64,000 bases of DNA. It comes from Felis catus. Its lineage: Eukaryota. Position numbers and translations under genes: made by a program. Below are positions 1-11,100 of the stretch, in pieces. Location of the stretch: positions 57,414,001-57,478,000 of the forward strand of contig NC_058368.1 in assembly GCF_018350175.1 (NCBI RefSeq). Direction: 5' to 3'. Under the pieces are notes generated by a model. It did not search any database. It was not told where the DNA came from and worked only from the letters and a program-made list of their open reading frames with translations. The first letter of the stretch is position 1; each line of letters opens with the position of its first letter.

Positions 1-1499
1 GTTCCATTCAGTTATAAAGGCATTTTCCATTTTACTTCTAGGGGTTGATGCACTCTGACAGGTATTAAAAGTATTCCATTGAATTTTTTACATAAATTAT
101 TGTAGGAAAGTTAGTATCTTCTAATATAAAACAAAATGACCCTTTTCCCCTTAGGTTTCCAGTATTCTAACATAAATTTTATGTGTAAAACTTCTATGTG
201 CTTTTCTTTTAATGAAAGTTACAGTGGAAAGATAGTGTCTTTAAACCAGATACAACTCTTGGACAAATCCAGTAGAATATCTATTTTGAACTGCCATTTT
301 TCAGCTAGTGGTGTTTGTAGCATGATCTTTTTTAATACAGCCATACTGACAGACCTTTATAAATAAATAATATCTTTACCTATTACAACCACATGGACTT
401 TTTGTACATATTTTTATCAGACATTCTTCTCACTAATATTTAAATGTAAAATATGCTCAAGATCTTCCTTAAGGCTATCAAATGTCTCCATTTATAAGGA
501 ATTAAATTAGGACTCTAATGGATATAGTTCTTTAACCCAATTTTAGTTTATAATAGTTTACACCCAAACATGCCAGTCTGTAATACAAAGGTATATCAAA
601 TTATATCAATTTAAAAGACATTATTATAAAAGAAAGTTCATATTCCTTTATGTCTAAAAATGGATGTTTTCTTACAAAATATTATTTCTAATTTCCATCA
701 AGAAATAAACAAGCATACAAAATATTTTTAATTAATGAAATAAACTCTTAAAATTAAATAAATGTTATATTGTCCTGTGGAAATTGAGTTTGTGATCACC
801 ATATCATATACCTAAAGGAAATTATTTCACAGACAAATGAACTGGAAATTCAAATGACAATTACAGGAATTATAAATCATAATAACATGATTTCTCTTTT
901 TAGATACCAGATTCCATTTCTTGGATAAGGAGGACTAAATTTTTTTTCCAATTTCCAATTCAAAATGTTGTAAATTAGACCCATTTGACTATAGAAAGTT
1001 CAGAATAAATACTTCTTTAATTACAAGGCCAATAATAATAACCACTTGACTTCTTGTTTGCCTATATCTTACACACTTAAAAGGTATTGATTTTTTTTTC
1101 TTATTCTAATGCACTTCTTCAGGAATGCTTAAAATTGATGTATTATTCTTAGAAGATGCATTTTCAACAAAGGTGCTCCTCACTCAACCACATGTATACT
1201 GCAGTTTACTGCTTTCAAATAAACAATAGTAACATATAATAAATATAAATCAAAATTTTCAGGATTCTTTACACTTATCTATGTACTCATTCTTACAACA
1301 CAATATGAGCTCCTTGTGGCCCCATCAATTTGGATCCTTAACTTTCTGAATGTTAACTTGACATGGAGTTCAGTTAAAGTGTAGATTTTTAAAGAAGTAT
1401 ATTTAACAGCTGCAAACATTTCTTTAAATGGCTTTTAAGACAGGTTTCACTAGCTAAAATTAATGTGAATTATATTAAAGCAGAAAATTTCTAAGAACA

Positions 1500-1903
1500 A
1501 TCACCTCTACCTAAATCCATGATCAATGCTGGAATCTCTCTACAGTGGTGGTCATTTTTAGTTGCTTTAGTATTTTGTCTATCTCTCCTTCCAATAGATG
1601 GTATTGCATGACCCCAATGGAACTCAAGTGCGATAACTGTCACTTTCAGGCAGATGTTCAGAGGGTAAATGTGCTTTTTCATGTTTTCTTTTCCCACCAC
1701 CAGAATACTTGGCCACTTTCCAGATTATGACCACTCTAGCAGGCTCTGCTGTGTAACCATGAGGATGACTCTCAGAGCAGAGTCCCTGGCTATCAGCATT
1801 CCATGGGTTTAGAATATGAAGAACCAAATGTTTTAATTTGAAGCCACTGAAATGCTAGGATTGATTGTTATAGCAGAATAGCCTGACCCATCTGTACTGA
1901 TAT
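1500..1903 (+). mobile_element. ERVL-MaLR MLT1-type LTR relic
   Basis: 3' end 'aagccactgaaatgctaggattgattgttatagcagaatagcctgacccatctgtactgata' resembles the old MLT1 LTR terminus; 5' boundary approximate. Confidence 0.65.
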
Positions 1904-2272
1904 TCTAGGTTTTTAAAAGCACAAATTATGTTCTAAATTCCATGATGTAAAATATAGAATTTACCACTCTCATATGTTGGGGCTGAATTTCTATTTTCAA
2001 GTTTACCATGAGAAGACAGAGAAGACCAAAGAAGTAATGGTGCAAAACCTGCGATCTTAGGACACTTGCAATGTTAATGTCCTGGAAACTCACTCTTGAA
2101 TGTAGGTAGGCATAGCTTAAGAATAAATGAAGATAATATAAAAATGCTACTGACTATTATTTGCCAATTGTCAAACTGTTTGTCTACACTGTATTTTGTG
2201 GGTCTTTGACAATAAACTTTTAGAATGTTTATTATTCTTATTATTTTAGAATGTTTATTATTAGGCTGTTTT

Positions 2273-2484
2273 AATTTTTTTTATTTTTTTAAATTTATTT
2301 TTGAGAGAGAGAGATAGCATGAGCAAGAGAGGGGCAGAGAGAGATGGAGACACAGAAATCGAAGCAGGCTCCAGGCTCTGAGCTGTTAGCACAGAGCCCG
2401 ACTCGGGGCTCTAATTCATGAGCTGTGAGATCATGACCTGAGCTGAAGTCCAATGCTTAACTGACCAAGTCACCCAGGTGCCCC
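2273..2484 (-). mobile_element. Can-SINE (SINEC_Fc-type)
   Basis: poly-T, (GA)n, reverse tRNA-like head ending ...cacccaggtgcccc; TSD tattag(g/c)ctgtttt. Confidence 0.95.
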
Positions 2485-2870
2485 TATTAGCCTGTTTTTG
2501 AAAACCAAAGTCTTGAAATCAAGATGAAATTTTATTTAAGTCCAAATTGAAATATCAAGTAACAAATATACCATGCTTTGAGGAAAATATCTGAAAGAAA
2601 TTTTGTAATGTATACAATTCTTTATTCATCTGGAGTCGCTATCGTTTCCTATACTGCCTGTTGTAGAACCTGAGAATCTGATGTAATGTTTATAGCTGGA
2701 CATTATTAAAACATTCCCCAGCTTATTTTATACTAAGTCCAGTTTTATAATAACCATCTCTCAGTTTTTTTGTATCCAAAACCACAAATACAACATGGAA
2801 TCTATTTTAGGTGATTTTTAAATTTTATACCACAAATATGTTTTTATTTGTATTAATTTGAAGAGTATTC

Positions 2871-3069
2871 TTTTAAAAAATTAATGTTTATTTATTTTTG
2901 AGAGTGAGACACAGTGTGAGTGGGGGAGGGGCAGAGAGAAGGGAGACAACAGAATCTGAAGCAGGGTCCAGGCTCAAGCTGTCCGACATAGGGCATGAAC
3001 TCAAGAACTGTGAGATCATAACCTGAGCCGAAGTCGGACATTCAACTGACTGAGCCACACAGGCCCCCC
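2871..3069 (-). mobile_element. Can-SINE (SINEC_Fc-type)
   Basis: aatgtttatttatttttgaga...gactgagccacacaggcccc; degenerate TSD. Confidence 0.95.
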
Positions 3070-3339
3070 TGAACACTATTCTTGAAAGCTATTTTTTAAT
3101 CATTTATTCTGGGGATATAGTAGAACATCTAATTAATTTAAAAAAATATTTATTAAGTTTTTACTAGGTACCAAAGTGCTAATCATCAGGGCAAATACAA
3201 GAAAAGATTAACTCTTCAAATTACTATAGTTTACATTTTTAGATCATGCAACATCACCTTTTAAAATGTGCTCTCAATTTTATGTTGTAATTTCATTATT
3301 TATTTTGCATGTTTCTTCTGGTGAATATTCTCAAATACA

Positions 3340-3550
3340 TTTTTAAAATTTTTTATGTTTATTTATTTATTTTGAGAGGCAGAGAACAAGCAGGGAAGGG
3401 GCAGAGAAAGAGGGACAGAGAGAATCCCAAGCAGGCTTTATGTTGTCAGTGCAGAGCTCTATGTGAGGCTCAAACCCAAAATGGTGAGATCACAACCTGA
3501 GCTGAAATCAAGAGTAGGACACTCAACCAACTAAGCCACCCAGGTGCCCC
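3340..3550 (-). mobile_element. Can-SINE (variant with ctcttgattt head)
   Basis: T-rich tail, gagaatcccaagcagg...gaaatcaagagt...caggtgcccc. Confidence 0.93.
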
Positions 3551-3564
3551 AAACACAATTTAAT

Positions 3565-3790
3565 GGACGAGTGAGTGAATAACTCACAGACTGAATAAAT
3601 GAACTAATGAACAAATGAATGCAATAAGGTGTGCTCCTTGCCCTGGGGAAGCATATAATCTAGTTTGGCATAGACACTAAGCGAAAATATCACAGCGCAA
3701 TGTGGTAACTTCCATCACAGACACAATTACCAAGTTTCCAGGCAGAAGATCAAAGTAACTAATCCTGCCAAAGGAATCAGGGCAGGACAC
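3565..3790. mobile_element. L2 relic(s)
   Basis: (tgaa)n-like L2 3' terminus followed by L2-like 'ccttgccctggggaagcatataatctag'. Confidence 0.5.
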
Positions 3791-4514
3791 AATGACTTCA
3801 ATATATTGGAACTTCTTTTCTTTAAGTCTGCAATTACCATTTTTAATCAAAAAATGATCTTAAATTCTGAAAGCAATATCACACTCCTACCTTTTTTGAC
3901 CTGACTATAATCTTCCTCAAAAAGTACACTTATAAAACAAAATGCTTAAATTATATCATAAAGTAGAAAAAACTGGTTCTGAATGTCATTGGTCCATGTG
4001 ATCTCACTGAATGAGTTAGGGTGTTACTAAGAGATTGTTGAGAACACTAAGGTAGGAAGGATAAATGCTCCTTCCATAACAGAAGAGCATCAGCATTATT
4101 CACTAAACTGTATCCTTGCACTTAAAAAACAAAAACTAAAACAAAAACATTCTTGACTAAAATTTTAGAATATATATCTATGGTAAGAATTGAGGTTATT
4201 TTTAGAGAGTTGGAATAAATAGGCAAAGCATGGGTTAGAATGAGAACAAATAGATTTGGTAAAATAATATTAGATACTATATATATGGAAATGCCATAAA
4301 TATTACTGCATAAACTTACATTGTGAGCTTACATTCAAATAAATGCAAACCCTATGGAAAAAAAACTAATTTCTACAGTATTTAGCATTATTTTCTATGT
4401 AGTTGTGATGTGCCAGTGAGATATACTGTGTTATGTTTGTTCTGATCCCCTCTACCTCATCTCCTTGGAATAAGAATTCAATCTGTGTTCAAATACTAGT
4501 ATATTAGTTGGTCA

Positions 4515-4705
4515 TAGTGTCCTCCATGAATTATGGGTATCAAAATAATCCAGAAAACTTGTTAAAAAGGAGAATCTCCTGGTATACCTTAGGTCTTCTT
4601 AAAACAAAGCAAAACAAAACTTCAAGAGATAGAGCACAGAAATTTGTATTTTATTAAATAATAATTCCAGATGATTTTATTACATGAAAGTATAAACACC
4701 ACTCT
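4515..4705. mobile_element. MER5-like hAT-Charlie relic
   Basis: 'tatcaaaataatccagaaaacttgttaaaa...aatttgtatttt...ccagatgatt...aaagtataaacaccact' pattern of MER5A/B. Confidence 0.55.
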
Positions 4706-4894
4706 ACTGTATCAGTGAATTCATCTTCATTAATTTATATGCTATAATTTTTATATGCTATACTCTTTAATACATTCCAACTTATATCTTCATAGAAATA
4801 ACCATTTCCACATTAAATCTTACCTAGACATCCTAGTCACTATAGACACATTTACAATAAAATTCAGAAGTGTTTATTACTAAACTAGTATCAC

Positions 4895-5343
4895 ATGTGC
4901 TTAGGAACATAGACTCTGGAACTGAATGTTGATATTCCAGCTTCCTCATATCTGGCATGTACCCTTGAACAAATAATAAATTCTTTTGCTCAGCTTCTTT
5001 ATTTGCAAATGTTTATAAAAGTAGAACTTACATGGCTCCTGGGTGACTCAGTCAGTTAAACATCTGACTCAAAATCAAGAGCATCTGATTTTGGCTCAGA
5101 TCATGATCTCACAGTTCATGAGTTTCAGTCCTGCTTAGGGCTCTGTGCTGACAGTGTGGAGCCTGCTTGGAATTCTCTCTCTCTCTCACTCTCTCTCTCT
5201 CTCGAAATAAATAAACTTAAAAAAATATAACTTATTTCATTATGTTATTATCAAGATTACTTGAGTTAATGCAATGTAAAAATTTTAGAATAATGACTGG
5301 CAAAAGTTTTAGAATCATCCATTAAGTATTTGCTATTATTATT
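4895..5343 (+). mobile_element. MIR interrupted by a Can-SINE
   Basis: MIR head/core 'agactctggaactgaatg...ctcagcttctttatttgcaaa' resumes after the SINE as 'aagattacttgagttaatgcaatgtaaa...gctattattatt'. Confidence 0.7.
5031..5225 (+). mobile_element. Can-SINE nested in MIR
   Basis: ggctcctgggtgactcagtcagttaa...(CT)n aataaataaa A-tail. Confidence 0.92.
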
Positions 5344-6134
5344 TGTATCTACATTAATTTTGATTATAGTCATATTAATACAATGTTCCCCAAAATTCCA
5401 AAGTGCAAAGAAAATCCAAGAGAAAGAAGATGATCCTTACAAATGAATTCCTAATTTTAAAACTGGATGATAAAGGAGTATGGAACAATGTCTACAATTT
5501 AATAAAAGGATTTGATTATATAATTCTATACCAATATGTAAAATACATATACAAAATAAAACCAATATGTTACATAGGCACTTACTGGGGAAAAACAAAC
5601 TTACTTAAGGTAATATTATAGCAAAACAAAACAAACAAATGAACAATCAAATGAAATGAAGAAACAAGGGAAGACCTTGAATGTAAGAAGCAGTGGTGAA
5701 CGGTATGTCAAGTAAAACTTCCAATTAAACTATCTTATCAGATAGTTGCTGATAATATAGCTATGGAACTTAAAAGAATTGTTAAGAAGGAATTTCTGAA
5801 ATATGTGAGGCAAAATAGACAATAAAATTACAGTCAATGGGGAGTTAGAATTCTATACATGTTCAACAAAATATGAAAAAAAATGGGCAAGCAAAACGAA
5901 TTTTTTGGAGCTCCTGATTTGTAAGATGGTAAGAAGTTATGCATTTAATTATTTTCGCAACTAGGAATAAACATTTTAAATATATTTTATAAATTTTAGA
6001 AAAATTGTCAATGTAATATAAAAATTAGATAAATCTGCTTTACTACTCAAACCAAAAAAATGAAAGAAAACATTTGGCAGAAGAAAGGGTAGCCTAACCA
6101 TTTTTGTTTTGTTTTGTTTTTTGGCATAGCACTA

Positions 6135-6272
6135 ATCTTTTTCTTTTTATTATTATTTTCTTTTTAAATTTATGTATGGTTGACATATACAATTATATTA
6201 GTTTTGGGTGTGCAAAACAATGATTCGATAGTTGTATACATTGCTAAATACTCACCATAGAAAGTCTAGTTA
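6135..6272 (-). mobile_element. L1 (L1MA-like) 3' end fragment
   Basis: poly-T followed by 'ttgacatatacaattatattagttttgggtgtgcaaaacaatgattcgatag'. Confidence 0.75.
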
Positions 6273-6929
6273 TAATAAAATTCTGAATGTGTTCGTTGGC
6301 TCTCAAATGATAAAGTTTTTCTAGGATAACACTTTATACTTACTTTCTAAATTAATAGTTCTTGTATAAAGTAAATCATGTATAAAAGATAAACTACCTC
6401 ACATGAATATAATGCCTGGATGGAACTTTTTAAATGAATTTGTTATTGAATTTGCTCTCTGCCTAAGTGTTTTAGCATTAAATATGCATCTGGAGCAGTA
6501 CTTTATGCACTATTTTAACATAGTTCCAGCATATTGATATATAACTTTAAATCAGGGACATGTATATCATCAGATGTCTTTCATTATTTTTATACAATTT
6601 CTTTGTTAATTTGCTTCCAGGGGACATGCTGGTATGTAACTGACACTCTCACCTTCATTGTAAACCTCTGAAAGATGTGATTTATTTCTCTAAATCGTTC
6701 AGTAGAACCCATAGAATCTAGATCAGTGCTTGGCAGTGTAGATGCTTAGTAAAAGTTTCTCAAGTAAATTAAATACAGATTTCCAAACACTTTAATTAAA
6801 ATCTCTCAAACAAGTAACCATCAAGATACATGTGCAGGACATATGATCAAATATTCAAACTGGAGACCTGTAAAGTAAATGCTTTCTTTATGAATTATGA
6901 GTTTTCTTCATTGGCTTAAACATATTATT

Positions 6930-7145
6930 CTTTTTTTTATTAAAACTTTTTAAAATCCTCATTTGTTTTGAGAGACACAAACAGTCAGTGCGAGTGGGGG
7001 AGGGACAGAGAGAGAGGGAGACACAGTATCCAAAGCAGCTTCCAGGCTCTGAGCAGAGTTTGACACAGGGATCGAACTCACGGATGGAGAGATCATAACC
7101 CAAGCAGAAGTTCGACACTTCTGCTGATGGGGCAGCAGGCGCCCC
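6930..7145 (-). mobile_element. Can-SINE
   Basis: T-tail, gagagggagacacagtatccaaagcagc...ggcgcccc. Confidence 0.92.
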
Positions 7146-7426
7146 TTATATGTGTTATTCTAAGAGACACTTCATTAAAAGGAAATCTACCTTCATGTCT
7201 AAATTTTTTTTAGCTTCAATGGTCTTTCTATATTTTGTATCTTTAGAATAAATTGTTCCATAGAAAAAATTATACTAATTTAAGAGAAATAAAAATAGTT
7301 TCTTAAACACTTTTTGGAATGAAGTTTCTCTATTATTAAAACTCCAGGAAACAATATTGTCCTACAAATATTAGGACAACAATTTGACCAGACAAGTTAT
7401 TCTTTATTACTTTTCAACTATTTTAA

Positions 7427-7611
7427 TTTTTTGTTTTATTTTAAGGGAGAGAGAGAGAGAGAGCGAGCATGTGGGGAAGAGAGGCAGAGGGAGAGAGAAA
7501 AACTTAAGCAGGCTCCATGCACAGCAAGGAGCCCAATTCAGGGCTTGATCCCACAACCTGAGCTGAAATCTAGAGTTGGTCTCTCAACCGACTGAGCCAC
7601 CTATGTGCCCC
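7427..7611 (-). mobile_element. Can-SINE with perfect 18-bp TSD
   Basis: TSD acttttcaactattttaa at 7409-7426 and 7612-7629. Confidence 0.95.
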
Positions 7612-8538
7612 ACTTTTCAACTATTTTAAGTATATCTGTAGAAACTCCATTCTCTTATTGCATAACTTAAGCAAATGCATTTTATGGGATAACTATTTGC
7701 AATGTTTTCTTAGAGGCAAAATGCCTTTTGCATTGTTCATGTTTTGTGAGCAATTAATTTCTTTTTATTGTCTAGCTACTATATAGCAGAATATTACAGC
7801 ATTTCTCAAATGTCTTGGGTAAGGATGGCTAGATTTTAGCAGATGCTTACAGCTCACTTTTACAAGGCCACAGAATATTGTATAATATACTACAAAATCA
7901 TAACCTCTACTCTGCTTTCATTGCCTAAGATTTTCACTAGGTCCTGAAAGTTTACTGTAGATGGTGGTTTAAGATGAACCGGAAGGACTTTAACACAGCC
8001 ACAGTACTTTTACATGAGACTATTCTCTTACTACGATACAGCATCTGATACAGGTTATCATAAAGAAAAAAAAGGTGCATCTATCACTTAGAAAATTTAT
8101 GTTAAATTTGATCCTCCATCTGCACATAAGAAATTTAAAATGAGAATATTTATGTTTTAAATGACTTCTTTAAAGTCTATGTATGATAAAAAAATTATAT
8201 CTATATTTGTGGGAAAAAATAAATGTTTAGCCTAAGATTGTTTTCTACAACATAGGTCTCTTATATGTTTTCCACATCAGTGCTAAACCTAAATGTCAAT
8301 AACTAAGAATATTTCAACTATGATATACAGGCAAGGCATGTTACATATTTGTAATTGTATTTAACCTGGCCCATTATACAAATCTTTGCATTGAAATAGT
8401 GATGCATACATAATATAAATGTCATACAGAGGTTATATTTCAATTTTGATTTCACTTCAATTCAGTTTACTTAAAATAATTTAGTGACTAAAACATGTTA
8501 CCAGATTTTTTGCTTGATATTTAAAAAAGAAAATAATC

Positions 8539-8750
8539 GGGGCGCCTGGGTGGCTCAGTCGGTTAAGCAGCCGACTCCGGCTCAGGTCATGATCTCACAG
8601 TCCGTGAGTTCGAGCCCCGCGTCGGGCTCTGTGCTAACAGCTCAGAGCCTGGAGCCTGTTTCAGATTCTGTGTCTCCCTCTCTCTGACCCTCCCCCGTTC
8701 ATGCTCTGTCTCTGTCTCAAAAATAAGTAAATGTTTAAAAAAGAAAAAAA
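8539..8750 (+). mobile_element. Young Can-SINE (SINEC_Fc-type)
   Basis: ggggcgcctgggtggctcagtcggttaag head, B-box gttcgagccc, CpGs retained, A-tail. Confidence 0.97.
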
Positions 8751-9324
8751 AATCACAAAATTAGTGAAAATTATTAGAAGAATAAAATGTAAGTTTTCTA
8801 AACCAAACATAATATAGTGTATGAACATGTTTATTTTTTGCTATTTCTGACAATATTAAATTGATCATCAAGGAATAAGAATGTCAAGGAGAGGACAGCT
8901 GAATGATATAAACAAGGTTTTGGAAGGTGGAAAGTGGATGGTCGGGTGTTTAGAGATAATCTTCTAATAGAGGGCTGAAATCTGTCTACCTACTGAGTTA
9001 GGATGTGAATTAGTTTTCAGCACCACAAACAGGTCCATAATCGGCTAGAGGGAGAATTTCTGAAGATTTGAGTAAGGTAAGGGCCCCAAAACATAAGAAT
9101 ATTAAAAATATTGAGTAAGAAGAAGTTAGAACCCATATACCTTCCTTATATCAGAGAAACCAGGTAACCAAACAGTTTACATTTCCCCAAGAAGTAAGCA
9201 AGAATTTTATTCTCTGAGAAAAAGAAAAGGTCTTCAGACCACACCTATAGAGGCCTCATTCTGAAAACAAAAGCAATTACAGATAAGTAAAGCAGGGCAC
9301 AATAAGACCTTCAAGTTCTCAGGC

Positions 9325-9436
9325 TTTTGCTTTGCTTTGTTTTGTTTTAAGTAGGTCCCATGCCCCACATGGGCTTGAACTCACGACCCTAAGATCAAGA
9401 GTTGCATGCTCTAGTGACTGAGCCTGCCAGGCACCC
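9325..9436 (-). mobile_element. Short Can-SINE lacking the (CT)n body
   Basis: ttttaagtagg...cttgaactcacgaccctaagatcaagagt...gactgagcctgccaggcaccc. Confidence 0.85.
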
Positions 9437-9439
9437 TGA

Positions 9440-9940
9440 TTCCAGACTGCTTCTTATGCCTCATTCTTAATTATGAATAGACAACTGTGCTCATGCAGCT
9501 TTGGGGAAAGAATTTTACATAAATGAGAGAAATCAAAAACAAGAAACTTTAAAAAGGAACTTAGAGAAAATAGGCAATAAAGAGAGACTAGATGAAAACA
9601 AATCAATAAGGTTAATATCCTCAGAAATATTGGAGAGTTTATTAAATCCATAAAATAAGTACAAGATGCTTTATAAAAGGGACATTCCATAAACAAGAGA
9701 TACACTTGGAAGTAAAAAAATAAAATAACCATAGAACATTCATTTGAAGATAAAGATGATGATTTCTCCAGTGAGTAGAATGAAAGGACAAAAATAAAAA
9801 GATGAAAGATATGAGGAATTTATGCAATCAATCTAGGTTTAATCCCCAAACTTCCAGAAATAGAAAACTAGGAAAGGGAGAATGGGAGTCAGTTATCAGA
9901 GGGATTTTATAAGGTGATTCCCAGAACTAAAGGGCAAGAT
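9440..9940 (+). mobile_element. HAL1 / ancient L1 ORF1-like relic
   Basis: A/G-rich 'gaagataaagatgatgatttctccagtgagtagaa...cttccagaaatagaaaac...ttcccagaactaaaggg' resembles HAL1 ORF1; may extend upstream. Confidence 0.55.
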
Positions 9941-10033
9941 ATTTTTCTTTTTTCGTTCAAATAGTGCATGTGATTTTTATGACATTTAGTGAGAATTAAT
10001 CCAGGTGAAATACAATTAGAAATTCTAAATATT

Positions 10034-10250
10034 GGGGGGACGCTTGGGTCAGTCGGTTAAGTGTCCGACTTCAGCTCAGGTCATGATCTCATAGTTCATG
10101 TGAGTTCAAGTCCCATGTCAGGCTCTGTGCCGACAGCTCAAAGCCTACAGCCTGCTTCAGATTCTGTGTCTCCCTCTCTCTCTGCCCCTCCCCCATTCGT
10201 GCTCTGTCTCTCTCTCTCAAAAATAAAAATAATAAACATTAAAAAAAAAT
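10034..10250 (+). mobile_element. Can-SINE
   Basis: gtcggttaagtgtccgacttcagctcagg...(CT)n...aataaacattaaaa. Confidence 0.95.
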
Positions 10251-10799
10251 TCAAAACCATTGGGATTAACCAGATGACTCAATTTAAAATTTTCTCCCTT
10301 GCTCACAACATGGTCCATGGAAGGGTTGAGGGGCTTCCAAATACTCCCTATTATCATCTCTTCAACAATTTACACCTTAATAATATAGGAAGGAGGGTAT
10401 GATTGATTAGCTCTTCCTTAGAAGATATCCAAATAATCACAATTGTGTCCCATGTCCTTTCTTCCTGATACACAAGGTAATTTCCAGCTTTCCAGGTGAT
10501 CGTTAAGCATTTAGTCTCAACTACATACTGTTCAGTGTATCTTTGAGCATGAATCCGGTTTCCAACACTACCTAACACTGTAAACACAGGGTTTCATGTC
10601 TGATGTTTGACAGAACTAAAAATCTGTCATCACCAAAATCCATTAAACACTCATCCTCTTTTCAAACTTGTCTAAGCTTTCTGATAAAACTAAAGCCTAG
10701 AAGTCAGATGAAGGTACTATTTTCTCTCTTTTACCATATGTGTACTGAAGAGAAGGGAGGCTAGACCTTTGATTAATTTTTCTTTATCACTTGTGTATC

Positions 10800-11100
10800 A
10801 TTGTTTCATCCTTCTCCCCGAAAAACTCAGCAACTTTGACACACATCTTATTACTCCAGTTGTTTTACCTTGACCTTGCACCTTCCTGGTCAATATTCCA
10901 AATCAATTAAATATTTTAACAGCTAGCTCATTATGTTTTCATTTCTAATCTTCTTGTTATCATTCTTGATTTAAATGTCTCTGTTCTCCACATTTTCAGT
11001 GGTCTTGCCTTCCATGCCACTCGAGCCATTTACTCCCATATCCCTCATCCTTGTCACTGCTAATATCTCTTCCACTTCTAAAGCCTAGATTTCAATACAC
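10800..11100 (+). mobile_element. Probable L2 ORF2 relic
   Basis: C/T-rich degenerate sequence resembling the L2 body. Confidence 0.35.

Noticed and set aside
2218..2262. Duplicated tttagaatgtttattatt
   Set aside because: A simple local slippage duplication in low-complexity sequence, with no functional indication.
7931..8048. Possible + strand exon after ttttcactag (VLKVYCRWWFKMNRKDF...)
   Set aside because: It ends in a stop, has no good donor, and the peptide is unrecognisable.
8539..8625. tRNA-like A and B boxes
   Set aside because: This is the tRNA-derived head of a Can-SINE, followed by SINE body and tail, not a tRNA gene.
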